Positions 19,601 to 27,318 of a stretch of DNA of 64,000 nt are shown in pieces. This DNA is from a virus, in the IMG/VR virus record IMGVR_UViG_3300013131_000021; one strand, 5' to 3'. The position numbers were made by a program, and so were the translations under genes. The notes beneath the pieces were generated by a model. The model was not told where the DNA came from. It saw only the letters and a list, made by a program, of their open reading frames with translations, and did no database searches. Position 1 is the first letter of the stretch, and each line of letters starts with the position of its first letter.

Positions 19601-21845
19601 ATGATCCTAAATATCTTTTATCGTTAACATAAACGTTAACGATGCTTTCATCTGACAATTTTGACCAATCAATAGTCTTAAATTCGATTGTATTAGTATC
19701 GTTAACTAAAACTTTACTATCGATAATTGGCTGCAAGTAATCAGTATTCATTTCCAACCAACCATTATCATAAGTGTTGTTGGGATTGAATTTAAAAAAA
19801 CCTGTAGATATATTGATTGTTTTGATTATTTTGTTTTCTACATACTCGACAATGTCAGTATCAAAATTCCAATCAAATTGAATATCACCTACATTGTTAA
19901 TATTCAGATAACTTAGTTGAAAACCTAATTCCGGATCTACTTTACCTATGCCTTTAGAATAGCCTAATAATTTTGATCCTACAAAGGTACTAGTGGGATA
20001 TGTTGATGGATCCGCAAAGCTAACACCATTTCTATCAAATATATCAAATAGAGGCGGTTGATTTACTGAAGTTTTTTGTTGACTCAACGACCATTTATTG
20101 CCGTCGAAGTAAAACATTTTGCCCCCGTTCTTTTTTCCTCGTCGCACTAATACTCCATCTCCGACATTAGAAATTGTATCTAATGTTTCTCTCAAATGGA
20201 TCTGTTTTATTCCTTGATGAGTTATAAACTCAACTTCGTAAATTTTATTATTAGCCAGCAGATCTGTATCTGCTATGACTAGAATTCTAGCTCCTGCAAA
20301 TAAAAATTCGCCGTCGATATTATATCCTGTACTACCCTCGATTTTTGAAAAAACATCTGTTGTAAAATCATCTAGGTAATCAACAGTATCTTTACTACTA
20401 GCACCATGATTGAATAACTGCAAATTGGCATAAAATTCTACGATGGGTCGTTTAGCCCTAGTAGCTTCTGTTGAATCAAAATCTTGACCTCTCAGCTGAA
20501 ATGATTTTTCAAGGACAGCTCGGTGAAACCATCTATTATATCTACTCCAAGGATTCCTATCTAAACTATCTCTAGCTATAGTGATGTAGTCTTTGTAGGT
20601 AGGATACGTTGCGGCATCGTCAAACGGTTCAGTATCAAACCCTGCATTATCAAATAAAATCTCTGGCACATCCGAAGTAAGCACCGGCGATATTAAATCA
20701 TTGAATCGAGTTAAGGTGATAGCCCTGCCTACACCCTCAACTAACCAAGTATCCACAGAATACTTTGTTGGCGAAACGCTTCCTTTAAATTCAACTACCA
20801 TACCATTAGAAAATTCTATACCATTACTTGAGGTATAAGAACTTTTTCCAACGATTTCTTGATCAACATTGATAAACGTGTTAGCTTCGATATCAGCAAT
20901 TATAAATCTACCAAAACAATCAGGTGTAATTAAACTTTGATAATACAGAACATCAGGGGCATCATATGGAACAGTAAAAGTCAAGGTTCCATTTTCTATG
21001 CCATTATTTGTAACCCCTTTGCTGTATTCTAAAGCATCGCCAGAGGAAGCTGGCTCTAAATATTCCCAATCCTCGCTATCTATAGTAATAGAACTGCCGT
21101 CGCTTGGAGAAATATCTCGTTTAGCTCTCCATAATTTTGAATCGTATACTGCTAAACTCCCTGCAGGATATCCAAACGACGGAATGAATATTAACGAACC
21201 TGTATCAAAATTGGTTCTAATAGAAAATCCCTGTCCCGGTACATTAATTCTAAACTTATAAGTTTGTCCTCTATACAATGTTAATGTTGGATTGTTAGTA
21301 TACGAGTCGGGTGTAAAGATAAAGCTATTAGCTGTGCTTCCTAAAACTACTTTATATGTACTAGTAATATTAGCACTCTGTCCGAGTATAGGAATGCTAG
21401 GCGGGCCGCTTGGTACCCAATAGTATTCTCGATAATTTACAAATTTATCCCAATCGATAGGAGGATTCCATGTGTAATGTGTTTGTTCTGTTATCTTATC
21501 ATCGCGTTCATCGTCATTAGCAAAAAATTTTAATTGATTCTTAAAATCTATATAATCATAAAAATTTTCTATTTTATCATGTGTTTTATAAATTACGCCA
21601 GGTTCTAATTGATATCTACTTCTCAATGTATCGTCGGTATCAACATATATGTCAGAGCCATTAAATGTTTTACCGTATCTTCTTCCTATATAACCAACGA
21701 CTTTATCTAAAACCCCAGGTTGGACCAGGGGATCTAATACTCCTGATAAAAACTTATCGTTCGTATCAGTTTGAAAAACTGTAGGCAATAATTCTACAGT
21801 TCTTCTTATAGGAATTTTGCTATCTGGATAAAATTTATCTGCCAT
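7644..21845 (-). CDS. Giant baseplate wedge protein in the gp7 position, 4733 aa
   Basis: Uninterrupted 14.2-kb ORF directly downstream of gp6. Contains FG-GAP-like repeats, W..Y..GD.V.Y carbohydrate-binding-like motifs and G.GA.A.A...G.V..I.V...G..Y repeats. Confidence 0.7.
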   Translation of the reverse strand: MADKFYPDSKIPIRRTVELLPTVFQTDTNDKFLSGVLDPLVQPGVLDKVVGYIGRRYGKTFNGSDIYVDTDDTLRSRYQLEPGVIYKTHDKIENFYDYIDFKNQLKFFANDDERDDKITEQTHYTWNPPIDWDKFVNYREYYWVPSGPPSIPILGQSANITSTYKVVLGSTANSFIFTPDSYTNNPTLTLYRGQTYKFRINVPGQGFSIRTNFDTGSLIFIPSFGYPAGSLAVYDSKLWRAKRDISPSDGSSITIDSEDWEYLEPASSGDALEYSKGVTNNGIENGTLTFTVPYDAPDVLYYQSLITPDCFGRFIIADIEANTFINVDQEIVGKSSYTSSNGIEFSNGMVVEFKGSVSPTKYSVDTWLVEGVGRAITLTRFNDLISPVLTSDVPEILFDNAGFDTEPFDDAATYPTYKDYITIARDSLDRNPWSRYNRWFHRAVLEKSFQLRGQDFDSTEATRAKRPIVEFYANLQLFNHGASSKDTVDYLDDFTTDVFSKIEGSTGYNIDGEFLFAGARILVIADTDLLANNKIYEVEFITHQGIKQIHLRETLDTISNVGDGVLVRRGKKNGGKMFYFDGNKWSLSQQKTSVNQPPLFDIFDRNGVSFADPSTYPTSTFVGSKLLGYSKGIGKVDPELGFQLSYLNINNVGDIQFDWNFDTDIVEYVENKIIKTINISTGFFKFNPNNTYDNGWLEMNTDYLQPIIDSKVLVNDTNTIEFKTIDWSKLSDESIVNVYVNDKRYLGSYEIKGNTFTFAENIAAKSTVSLKIIADLEPIEGFYEIPIGLEKNPFNDPLKSFTLGQAIDHVTSALEFSNSLIGSIPGNSNLRDLFNFQSFGKRFIKHSGLTSLSMMLLCDKTHNIIKSIQYSKKAYTEFKSNFLAKAIEIEYNDNIIDFVDDVINNLTKTKDSNSPFYDSDMIGAGAYSKIVYVVEDTGIQTYSLSEKFDLSTLSKKAVYVYQNNQQLINDRDYIFDSTFGFVRLKVNLNSNDVIEIREYISTSTNHIPPTPTSMGLYKKYTPQKFIDDTYIEPREVIIGHDGSITAAYGDFRDELLLELELRIYNNIKAEYNRSIFDIDQILSGYYGVGAYKKSQFDYIISQEFFKWIQNTNINYTLNTYFDSQNSFTYTYSNMTDPTKTVNLPGYWRGVYQWFYDTDRPHRCPWEMLGFSQQPSWWEEQYGPAPYTKNNLILWEDLQAGVIRQGDRAGRHSRYARPNILNHIPVDGDGKLLSPLDSGLAQDFSLINNQGAFVLGDTAPVEYAWRSSSEYPFAIIIAMCLMKPFDFIADSFDRSKIVLNQLGQLVNKDSYTFTSKNDITKYSLDDPSVGLLKYLVAYIKSKGINTSTITDKINNLDVALSYRMSGFVDQQQQKFLLDSKSPAATTASIFIPPENYDIIFNISSPIANITYSGVILEKTNGGWVITGYDDINPYFYYYQAQPNSKDPLISVGGISEVFTVWIENKNYSNGSLVRYNNNYFRSLKTHNSGEFFDPANWKKLNDLPKVGAIEAYRRRVFNTLSVKKLSYGTQFTSIQQVIDFLLGYENYLISIGFVFDRYDPQNKTSQNWLSSSKEFMFWTKHNWEIGSIISLSPAAEKINLTMAVGVPDNILDGFYNYGILKGDGKPLQPQFINVNRSNQNITVETTNTSDGIYYLKLYYVLKEHVTIFDDRTVFNDIIYDKTTGYRQGRIKVQGFRTTDWDGDYTSPGFIFDNVNIQTWQPYKDYKLGDIVTYKAYNWVSLQNQLGSEFFDDNVWSKLDSTPTKSLIPNFDYKINQFYDYFDVSSEGVSQSQRDLARHTVGYQSRNYLQNLAEDPITQFQLYQGFIKEKGTNNSITKIFGKLSRSGSDSIELNEEWAFLLGRLGGTDQLTEVEIQLERNKFEINPQVFLIEENESLIDIDQNYRLTISDFTIPTIPYSVDINTMSFETEPTFTAGYVSIGQYELVIQNIEDLINLDINTVNENDHIWITFYKDSWTVFRLNELSLLSLEGVNRLSTTSVEIKFNRRHNFAVNDYVGFRDIINLVGFFKIISISNVAITIEVSSTSLDPELDSSTTTRPHAFTECRFDSYSNISQGLAALYFNGSKIFVDDNGENLWEVVEKQKQYSAKFLSDYGTSTPLRTGEKVIYDNINKHVITGVPGSGLVLVYAESLTGLQLKQIVSPPTGFFNNVLGSFGSKMAISPDSKYLIVGAPLASGITSNYKGEWEPSKFYEPEDIVLYGGRLWKAKNANSALPDGSTELAINTDDWELAEIIPALTSGNAEGYYQQGIISIYEYANGSYTISQTFISPRPADNEFFGSEISISKSGNSYYLSVSATGSYNNTGRVYLYKYENSTWKHLENIRYKGIYDPLASYYSGDIVWQAAQDPEAEGVRGNLWTSLEDSTADGSTLSMDNSGWVKIGKISTHCSLPTNVALEDDGSTLEFAYTGLLSNDQIAELIKAGDKFGTSMAMNSDGSILVIGAPEADGQFFANYRGMWRPDVEYIEGEVVRYVSSVEGAPITEYQYYKLEGFSIAADSTYRSYNENPSDSSVWVEVGDSTTSPSGKIFVYIRDANDVYTLTQMINASSISSFSDIDSGLVISTGDQFGFSMDIDASGNNLVVSSPKSDISFQDQGSVYVLSLDDNLTEFRVKQKLESFEQYPNEYFGYGVSISPDGTKIAVGARNTSSNLSVYFDLLLGTTFDKSATTFSYPQGYTGGVYVFDKKDQVFFLTEKLQEVLAPDESFGFSVDCVGSYIAVGSPFYRLPVAHASGVIAYEGEYVGNVRLFKKDPTVSSWNTLTTRESVVDIRKIQSIELYDNVNNVKIQDVDYVDSAKGKILNVAEQEIKFKTPYDPAIYNFGTEDVVVDTSIPWYEKNVGKLWWNIGNAKWLYAEQKDYAYRTGNWNQLAFGSSIDVCEWVETSLLPSEWAALADTNEGLALGISGQPLYPNNNIYSQKQFFSKTTGLVNETKYYYWVANKALIPSNMPGRTKSAAEVAGIINNPAGSGIAFIAMIDSDKFLTYNFQSVISSDTALLNIKYRKNLKQLNSIHNEYQLLTEGIPDSLPADKLERKWIDSLVGFDVMGNRVPDTNLSEKQKYGINFRPRQGMFVDRIAAVKLFTERANNVLLKEPFVDTIDFTNLNSKDEIPAEVLNLYDTVVETDTDLFTVGTVRTKRAVLRANLLNGELDTIDIVDSGFGYKPKELFNQEIPGVYLGPPISIQGDGINASAECHIDGQGRIITVVVTNRGKKYSTINATVRYFSVLVRSDSKIDNFWSIYSWDDIRKVFFRSQSQAFDTTRYWNYSDWWLTGYGQNTRITIELNTVFDEDTMQTVEDDLIRIKEYGSGGWAVFRKIANSGADFFSRWTLVGRQNGTIQLSTALYDTTIYGIGFDNDKSFDDTDYDVDNSKEFRNIIKALKEDIFVGDYSVEWNNSFFSSIRYVLAEQQYVDWVFKTSFLNATHNIGSFETKTNYKNDNLESYQEYINEVKPFRTTIREYISRYDNIEEYQSSETDFDLPPAYSKTDGTIISIDENRPEINQYPWKYWADNKGFSIIAIEIYDSGSEYRTPPKVLIDGNGTGATAKAYVSNGRVSGIEVLTPGEKYTKAPTITLVGGNPSTARQAKAVAIIGESKIRSFNLGIKFDRVNKNSDYQTPSKNQIIFANGRSAVFELNYAPTRDKTKITIFKNNKVVLSNEYNISFYYSSLDTYSRLRGKLSFNVAPADGDIISVSYEINDLLLSAVDRINKYYSPTAGMIGNELNQLMTGIDFGGVQIQGTTFDVTGGWDALPWFTDNWDSVEASSDYYHVCDGSTTQVELPFTPAQGQEINIYLKRTGTNTSVRIDDPSYTTSWDSSVAVNPNAEMPTFIGDGINRSVIIGIYIQTESGDILIFRPIESDGSVTITDENLLDTKLSGGSLSVIDSIYQTATGSTPEEIMISGGKFIEPDHVPAPEENIPGQVLDSVSIKIYQSRISGAAPLQSKISFGDGTTLFFPIGQKILENNAVFVYVDKIKKNFGVDYALNLIEYNVEFFTPPPSGTLIEIISIGLGGLGILDYQEFIADGTTNLFLTNANYQESSSVFVTVNGDQVDAAFKDSTGIVDTTDRTLIELAFYPDENDIIKIVVLQSSSDVDSNQIPIIKVNTQTIWFEGSTRNFDLEYFVELERGSARNSMIVELDGRVLKGSDTSYAVYDGTNNVFTLGIDPLESAGSILPSNIRVFINNILRTIFTDYVFDGATKVLTIYSSVLSIGDIIKVQNDLRSEYRIVGGNLIIDPSVPMTVLDETDNVRIDVTWFSEYPSFDIISDQKSGGKVHYQLSRPPISSSYVWVYKNGMRLTQEKEYYVSVPRNVVYLNVESTPADDIKTITFTNDIYELPSAYEIHKDMLNTYRYTRFSKGDVSLTSDLMYYDNIINVNDSSSLGVPYPSRNLPGIIWIDGERIEYMSKIGNVLSQLRRGTHGTAIKEIHAANSQVVDVGYEEIIPYNESQGKVDLIYQGSLSFVYDGSTGFEIETDIQIGLGIKENLIVKIDGIEILPEYYTITKFAVGGLVNIIGPAATRLATNSIVSVESLLVGPLDFIPIAADKARWYSSRTYVDKGTWSALVSYTLRNVVLYGNYYYTNLAVCKGSSYAPIIDGEINSNFWERITIPTDYGPCDQIEVFAGGRRLKKDAQAIWFENGGPYSPDADIVQEAEFSVDGTTGFIRLTKSLAAGSRVTIITRTGKTWYERGATTATSGKSLLDNDNSIARFIAEKHTSLPE

Positions 21846-21848
21846 ATT

Positions 21849-24800
21849 TTATGTCACCGTAATTACATTTTCAACATTCGAGCCGATTTCAGCCGCAGTT
21901 ATAGCTGATACAATTTCTATGTCATCAACTGTTGCTCCACTTATTAAGATTTCATCAGCTTTACTTTGAATTTCAAATAGACTACCAAAAACTTGATTTG
22001 CCTGTTTAGGTACAATTACAATATTACTAAGATCAGGCGATGTCGAATTCAAAATATAAGTTGTTAGCTCACCGATATAAAATCTATCGCCGAAATCCCA
22101 ATTATTAATATCAAAGAAATTGTTTATAGCCTGTATAACTCTAACTTTTAAATCGTTGTCGTTTACTGTTTGATTGGGATTTTTAACAACCTTAAAGGTA
22201 GCCTGTAATTTAGAATCTGCTTTTGCACCAAATAATATTTTAAATTTTACAGGATGAAAAACAATTTCATCACTTATTGATTTTATAGATAAAAGATTGC
22301 TTCCAAACGTTGTTCTTAACGAATCAGTAGAAGGAGGTTCTGGTTCTATCGAAGAACCCCCTGCAAGATAAATTCTAAAAGATTCATCATAAGATCTTGT
22401 TAATAAAAACAAATCAATAATATTACTAGAACTAGGATCTATTCTCCTATCAACACTGGCATTATGAATATATTGAAATTTAAGGTCCCTTCTTCCGTAT
22501 ACTGCCTTATATGTTCTATCCAAATCAAACGTATTAGTAGTTCTATTGATTTTCTTAACAACGTCTTCATCTACATCATAAAAATATATCAATTGTCCAT
22601 CGGGATACTTTACTGTATCATTAAAATCGACATCGGATTCTCTTTCTTCTACCAATATAAATTGGTTTGAATTGTCTAATAAAGCATAGATTGTCGTGCC
22701 AAAATCGTCGGTAGTTTCTTTAAAAAATAAAAAGTTTAATTGTTGATCATTTCCTACTACATTTTCAAATGCCTCTGGATTATCTATTACTCCGTCATCA
22801 TCAGAATCGTAAAAAGACAATTTGATTTCGTTAGTACTTTCGTAGCCATCCTCAAATTTTATAGTATCTGAAATTTCAAAAGAAATATTCTGTCGTAGTT
22901 GTGATACAAAAGTACTATCCGTATTGATACTTAGAATCTTGATCTGATCCTTAACAACATTGCCTAATTTATCGTTGTATTTTTTTTCTGCAGGATCAAA
23001 ATAAAATCTATTTTGTTCTATACTACCAAATACATAATTTAATTTTCTAATTCTAACAATATACCTATCTAAATTTTTAACAAAAGCTATCACCCACGAC
23101 GAGTCAACGCTGGTATTAGAAGTATCGCCGGCCTTACCTAGTGTAAAATTGCCAATTAAATCTATATTGGCTGCTGTAATAATATTCCATTCAGAATTTA
23201 CCGTGTTATAACGTAAGCCAAAATTTAAATTTTGACTGGCTTGATTCACTATTTCATTTTCTAATGCGAGACTTAAATCTGATCTAAATCTTGGCACAAT
23301 TCTAGATGCTATCGCTCCGCTGGGCACAAGATCGCTGAAGGTTATCGGCCCTTGACCGTTTGGCAAAACTCCTCTATTAGCATTAGTGCCATCACCTACT
23401 ACCTTGATTACTTTAGTCCATAAAACTGTAGATTGATCGATGTCTGAAGTGTCAAGATCTACTAGCACACCTTTCTTAAAGGCTTTGTCAGTAGGAGGAA
23501 TAAATTTAACAGAGGCGCCGGGGTACAGATATTTTAAATTATTAGTTGAATAACTACCAACCTGCAATAATGCATTATCAACAATATTTTTGAAATATCC
23601 AGTTGAAGTATTAGAAGTTATAGATTGCCAAATTGTATTTGTATCTGTGAATAAAATTTTATCAAATTTTGTAAAATAAAAATTATATACATCTGTGTCA
23701 TTAAAGATAGGTTCTACAGATCTGCGAATAAAATTAATAATATCTATTCTATTATCAAATTTAAATGTTAACGAATCTTCATATTCTTCTTTATAGATAT
23801 ATCCGTCATCACAAAAAACATTAACACTGCTATACTTTCCTGATGCATCAATAATATCAAAATTTCTACTTATTCCGCTAGATGTTCTATTGATTGATTT
23901 AATTTTAACAATATTTTGAGAACTCAATAGTGGTGCTAGATTATAATCTTCTGCTGTGATCATTCTATTTTGTGTATAGTATGTTGCAGGAGCATTTGTT
24001 CTTATGGTATCTATATCTTCAGAAGCTGCAGAATTGGCCACGGTTGATTGCAGAGCAAGACCTATTGTAAGTGTATGTGAAACTCCTTGTTTGTTTACAT
24101 AACTTACACCTATATTAATACCTCGCATTTCTGTAGGATAGATTGTGTACGACAATCCATTACTAGTTCTATAATATAATCTAAATGAGCCTTGGGGGAG
24201 ATTTCCATATACTCCGTCAGCAAAAACTAAATCAATACTGTCATTTTCTTTAGAGTTAATGGCATAGATATTTCTAATATTTTGAGTTATACTATTATAG
24301 GCAATGTTGTTCCCTGTTAGGGAACTTACTTTAGTCCATTCTTCTAATTGAACTCCTGCAGAATTCAAACTAAACAACCAAACATCATTGTTATTAATAT
24401 TAGCTGCATCTACAGCGATTCGTTCGTTAGTTTTTGGTACTTCTACGTTAAAATCTGCTAATTCTAAAATGCCTTGTTTAAACATCAAGAAAAACCCTGT
24501 GTTAGCACTTCCCGGTCCTGTTCCATCATTTCTATAAATGAAACCTAATTGATTACCGGGCACTGGCGGTTCTTCGTATATGGTTTCGCTGTTTTTGAAT
24601 GCCGTGGAAATTATTTCAAAACTCATACCTCTAGCTGCAACTGTTTTAGTAAAGTTAAACAAAGGAATGTCAGTGCTGGCAGTTCTAAATCTATACTGTT
24701 CGGTAGGAATTCCTTGCACCACTGCAGATCCCTGACTTCTTCCGAACTCAGTATTATCTGCCATAGCGGAATTTAATACTATTAAAAATTGTTCTAACCA

Positions 24801-25253
24801 ATTTGTATTTGTTGGATCGTTCCAGCTTATAATCTGTTGCGCTAAATTTTTTCCATTGCTGTCAACAATATCCTCAGTGGTTGTAACATTAACAAACTTA
24901 AGCAATCCACTGCTTGCAATATTTCTTTTAGCATTATAGGACAACATCCTTGCTATTCTTAATACACTGTCTTTTGTCTCGGCTAATTCTATAAAATTTT
25001 CTCTACTAGCTAGATCTATTCTAAATGCTAGACTCTGTCCGAGAAATGCGATCGCATCTATTAAAGCAAGGTATTCAGAACTTTCAATGTAATCATTAAA
25101 ATCTTCTGGATAATTTTCTCTAAGATACGTGATAATCACTCTGCGTAGATTTTCAAAGTCGTAGCTTTTGAAATCCGCATTTTTAAAGGTCTGGTATATT
25201 CTGGTCCAGTCCTGATTTAAAATTAAATTATTTTGTCTGCTAGTAGTAGTCAT
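21849..25253 (-). CDS. gp6: Baseplate wedge protein gp6-like, 1134 aa
   Basis: N-terminal DFKSYDFENLRRVIITYLRENYPEDFNDYIESSEYLALIDAIAF and YYTQNRMITAEDY motifs typical of gp6/baseplate J. Follows gp25. Confidence 0.85.
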   Translation of the reverse strand: MTTTSRQNNLILNQDWTRIYQTFKNADFKSYDFENLRRVIITYLRENYPEDFNDYIESSEYLALIDAIAFLGQSLAFRIDLASRENFIELAETKDSVLRIARMLSYNAKRNIASSGLLKFVNVTTTEDIVDSNGKNLAQQIISWNDPTNTNWLEQFLIVLNSAMADNTEFGRSQGSAVVQGIPTEQYRFRTASTDIPLFNFTKTVAARGMSFEIISTAFKNSETIYEEPPVPGNQLGFIYRNDGTGPGSANTGFFLMFKQGILELADFNVEVPKTNERIAVDAANINNNDVWLFSLNSAGVQLEEWTKVSSLTGNNIAYNSITQNIRNIYAINSKENDSIDLVFADGVYGNLPQGSFRLYYRTSNGLSYTIYPTEMRGINIGVSYVNKQGVSHTLTIGLALQSTVANSAASEDIDTIRTNAPATYYTQNRMITAEDYNLAPLLSSQNIVKIKSINRTSSGISRNFDIIDASGKYSSVNVFCDDGYIYKEEYEDSLTFKFDNRIDIINFIRRSVEPIFNDTDVYNFYFTKFDKILFTDTNTIWQSITSNTSTGYFKNIVDNALLQVGSYSTNNLKYLYPGASVKFIPPTDKAFKKGVLVDLDTSDIDQSTVLWTKVIKVVGDGTNANRGVLPNGQGPITFSDLVPSGAIASRIVPRFRSDLSLALENEIVNQASQNLNFGLRYNTVNSEWNIITAANIDLIGNFTLGKAGDTSNTSVDSSWVIAFVKNLDRYIVRIRKLNYVFGSIEQNRFYFDPAEKKYNDKLGNVVKDQIKILSINTDSTFVSQLRQNISFEISDTIKFEDGYESTNEIKLSFYDSDDDGVIDNPEAFENVVGNDQQLNFLFFKETTDDFGTTIYALLDNSNQFILVEERESDVDFNDTVKYPDGQLIYFYDVDEDVVKKINRTTNTFDLDRTYKAVYGRRDLKFQYIHNASVDRRIDPSSSNIIDLFLLTRSYDESFRIYLAGGSSIEPEPPSTDSLRTTFGSNLLSIKSISDEIVFHPVKFKILFGAKADSKLQATFKVVKNPNQTVNDNDLKVRVIQAINNFFDINNWDFGDRFYIGELTTYILNSTSPDLSNIVIVPKQANQVFGSLFEIQSKADEILISGATVDDIEIVSAITAAEIGSNVENVITVT

Positions 25254-25259
25254 ATACCA

Positions 25260-25266
25260 TATTTAC
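25260..25266 (-). promoter_or_regulatory. Late promoter GTAAATA
   Basis: Intergenic, 6 nt before the gp6 ATG. Confidence 0.5.
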
Positions 25267-25283
25267 CTTAGAAAATTATCTGA

Positions 25284-25721
25284 TCAGATAATGATAGAAT
25301 TGTTCCTGTCAAAATTTAAAGTCATTCTTTCATTTATATTAAAAGGAATATAAGTGATATCTGCCTGTATTCTAATTCCCTGATCTGTGCTGTCGATTTG
25401 CACTTCATTGACCGCAATTCTAGGATCATAATTAATAATAGCCTCAACATCTTTTGCTATGATGTTTTGCACGTCATCGGTGAACGGCTCAAATAATACG
25501 TCCCATATAACTGTTCCGAATTCAGGATTTTCTAATTTCTCACCTTTGCGAATATAAAAATGATTGATAATATCCTGCTTAACAATATCAATATCATAAA
25601 GTTTATAATTTTTAGATGAGGCATTTGAACTGAACCCTTTGTATGTGAATACGCCTTGATCTTCAGTAACGACTGCACTGGTTGCCGTTACTACACGTTG
25701 ATTATATAATCTAGTTGTCAT
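25284..25721 (-). CDS. gp25: Baseplate wedge/sheath initiator gp25-like, 145 aa
   Basis: VKQDIINHFYIRKGEKLENPEFGTVIWDVLFEP...INYDPRIAV is the GPW/gp25 signature. Confidence 0.9.
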   Translation of the reverse strand: MTTRLYNQRVVTATSAVVTEDQGVFTYKGFSSNASSKNYKLYDIDIVKQDIINHFYIRKGEKLENPEFGTVIWDVLFEPFTDDVQNIIAKDVEAIINYDPRIAVNEVQIDSTDQGIRIQADITYIPFNINERMTLNFDRNNSIII

Positions 25722-27310
25722 TATTCTAATTCCCTATCTGTATTTTCTGGTGCTAATTGGTCTGGAGCTTGATTTTCGTGTAGAGCCCATGGTTCATGCA
25801 TCGGAATCCGCTTCATTATGCTTTCTACTGGTTCGGCCTGATATCTTTTTTCCCAACCTTCGGTAAATTTTGTTGTTACGTTTTTATGTACTGTCAGTGG
25901 TTCTAATGGCTTAGCTGCTGTTGCTGGCGCGGCTGTTGGACCATTCATATCAATCCTTGTAGCTGTTTCTTTATAACGCCCGCCGACCTTCAAATTAGCA
26001 TTTCCGCCCGCTTGTAAATTTTGATTACCTTCTGTTTTAATATCCAGATTTCCAGTTGTAGTAATCTTAGTGTTAGCAGTAATTACATGTTCGTAATTAT
26101 TTCCTACTGTAATTTTACCATCGTTTCCTACTAATACTTCCCAATCTGTTCCGGCCTCTTGCCGTATTCTACCTTCAATAGATTTCATGTTTATATTTCT
26201 ACCGGCTTCAAGATTTATATCTCTATCAGCTTTAATATTGATGTCATTCTCGGTATGAATACTGATGCTATCTTCAGCATAGATGTCGATTTTTCCATTA
26301 CTAGTTAATTCTATCCAGGTAGTACCTCTGGCATTTCCTATGTAGATAATATCTTCACTGTTGTGTAAAAGAATCTGATGTCCGGTTCTTGTTCTTATTC
26401 TAAAATGTTCCCCGTATGGTATAGTAGGTTGACTTTTTGACGGACTCGGTTCTTCTAAAAGATCTATATACTTTACTGGTCCTTCCGCTGCGGATTTTTC
26501 TCTGTGATATCTGTCATCTCCGTCATCCATAACCAATTGAGTTCCGCCTAATCTACTTACAGGAATAGGATCTGATTTATCATCATTTTTTCCTACGATT
26601 GCTTTTTTAGCATTTAGACGTCTGTCAATAGGTCCGGGTGTTGAAATACCAAAAACCATCCCTGGGGCTTCTCTACGGGGTGTTGATGTAGAAACTCCCC
26701 TAACATCATCTTCTAAAAGTCCTTGTTCAAGAAATCGATCTGCAATCGGATGAACGACCCTAGAAATGTTTTCTGGATCAATTTCTTGAACTTCTCCATT
26801 GATCCTCTTATTAATTTCTGCTACCGGTAGGGGCTGAGAAGTGTTTCCATATCTAGTTTTATCATCTGCATCTAAGGCATTTTTTGTTGTGCCTGCTATC
26901 GCAGGTACCATATGGTTAATCAATCTTCCTGGAACACAAGCGAACCAATAACCTTGACTAGGATCTCCGTCAACAAACAGTACAAGAACATTTACTCCGA
27001 TATCAGGAGGTACAAACCACATACCATAACTTTTTTGTGTATCGTTATAGCCGTCTAAGGTAGATGCGGTTCCATCATTCTTACCCATGAATTCAAATGG
27101 AGTGTATCCGAAAAATGGAGATGCGTATTTTACATTGTAAATCTGAGAATCTTCTCCGGGATCGTTGTTTTGATCTTTTAATAGACTAACTTCTAGGGAT
27201 CCCATAAAGGTGGGATCTAAATGACTTATTACTCTTGCAATATAAATGCCTGTGGTAAGTCCACCTGTTCTTCCTTCGTTTTCAGCTGACGGTCTTGTTA
27301 ACTGCGCCAT
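25721..27310 (-). CDS. gp5: Baseplate central spike gp5/VgrG-like, no lysozyme domain seen, 529 aa
   Basis: OB-fold region (ARVISHLDP..GSLEV; YGMWFVPPDIGVNVLVLFVDGD), RIRTRTGHQILLHN, beta-helix repeats and an RIDMNGP ending. Confidence 0.85.
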   Translation of the reverse strand: MAQLTRPSAENEGRTGGLTTGIYIARVISHLDPTFMGSLEVSLLKDQNNDPGEDSQIYNVKYASPFFGYTPFEFMGKNDGTASTLDGYNDTQKSYGMWFVPPDIGVNVLVLFVDGDPSQGYWFACVPGRLINHMVPAIAGTTKNALDADDKTRYGNTSQPLPVAEINKRINGEVQEIDPENISRVVHPIADRFLEQGLLEDDVRGVSTSTPRREAPGMVFGISTPGPIDRRLNAKKAIVGKNDDKSDPIPVSRLGGTQLVMDDGDDRYHREKSAAEGPVKYIDLLEEPSPSKSQPTIPYGEHFRIRTRTGHQILLHNSEDIIYIGNARGTTWIELTSNGKIDIYAEDSISIHTENDINIKADRDINLEAGRNINMKSIEGRIRQEAGTDWEVLVGNDGKITVGNNYEHVITANTKITTTGNLDIKTEGNQNLQAGGNANLKVGGRYKETATRIDMNGPTAAPATAAKPLEPLTVHKNVTTKFTEGWEKRYQAEPVESIMKRIPMHEPWALHENQAPDQLAPENTDRELE

Positions 27311-27318
27311 ATTCTTCC

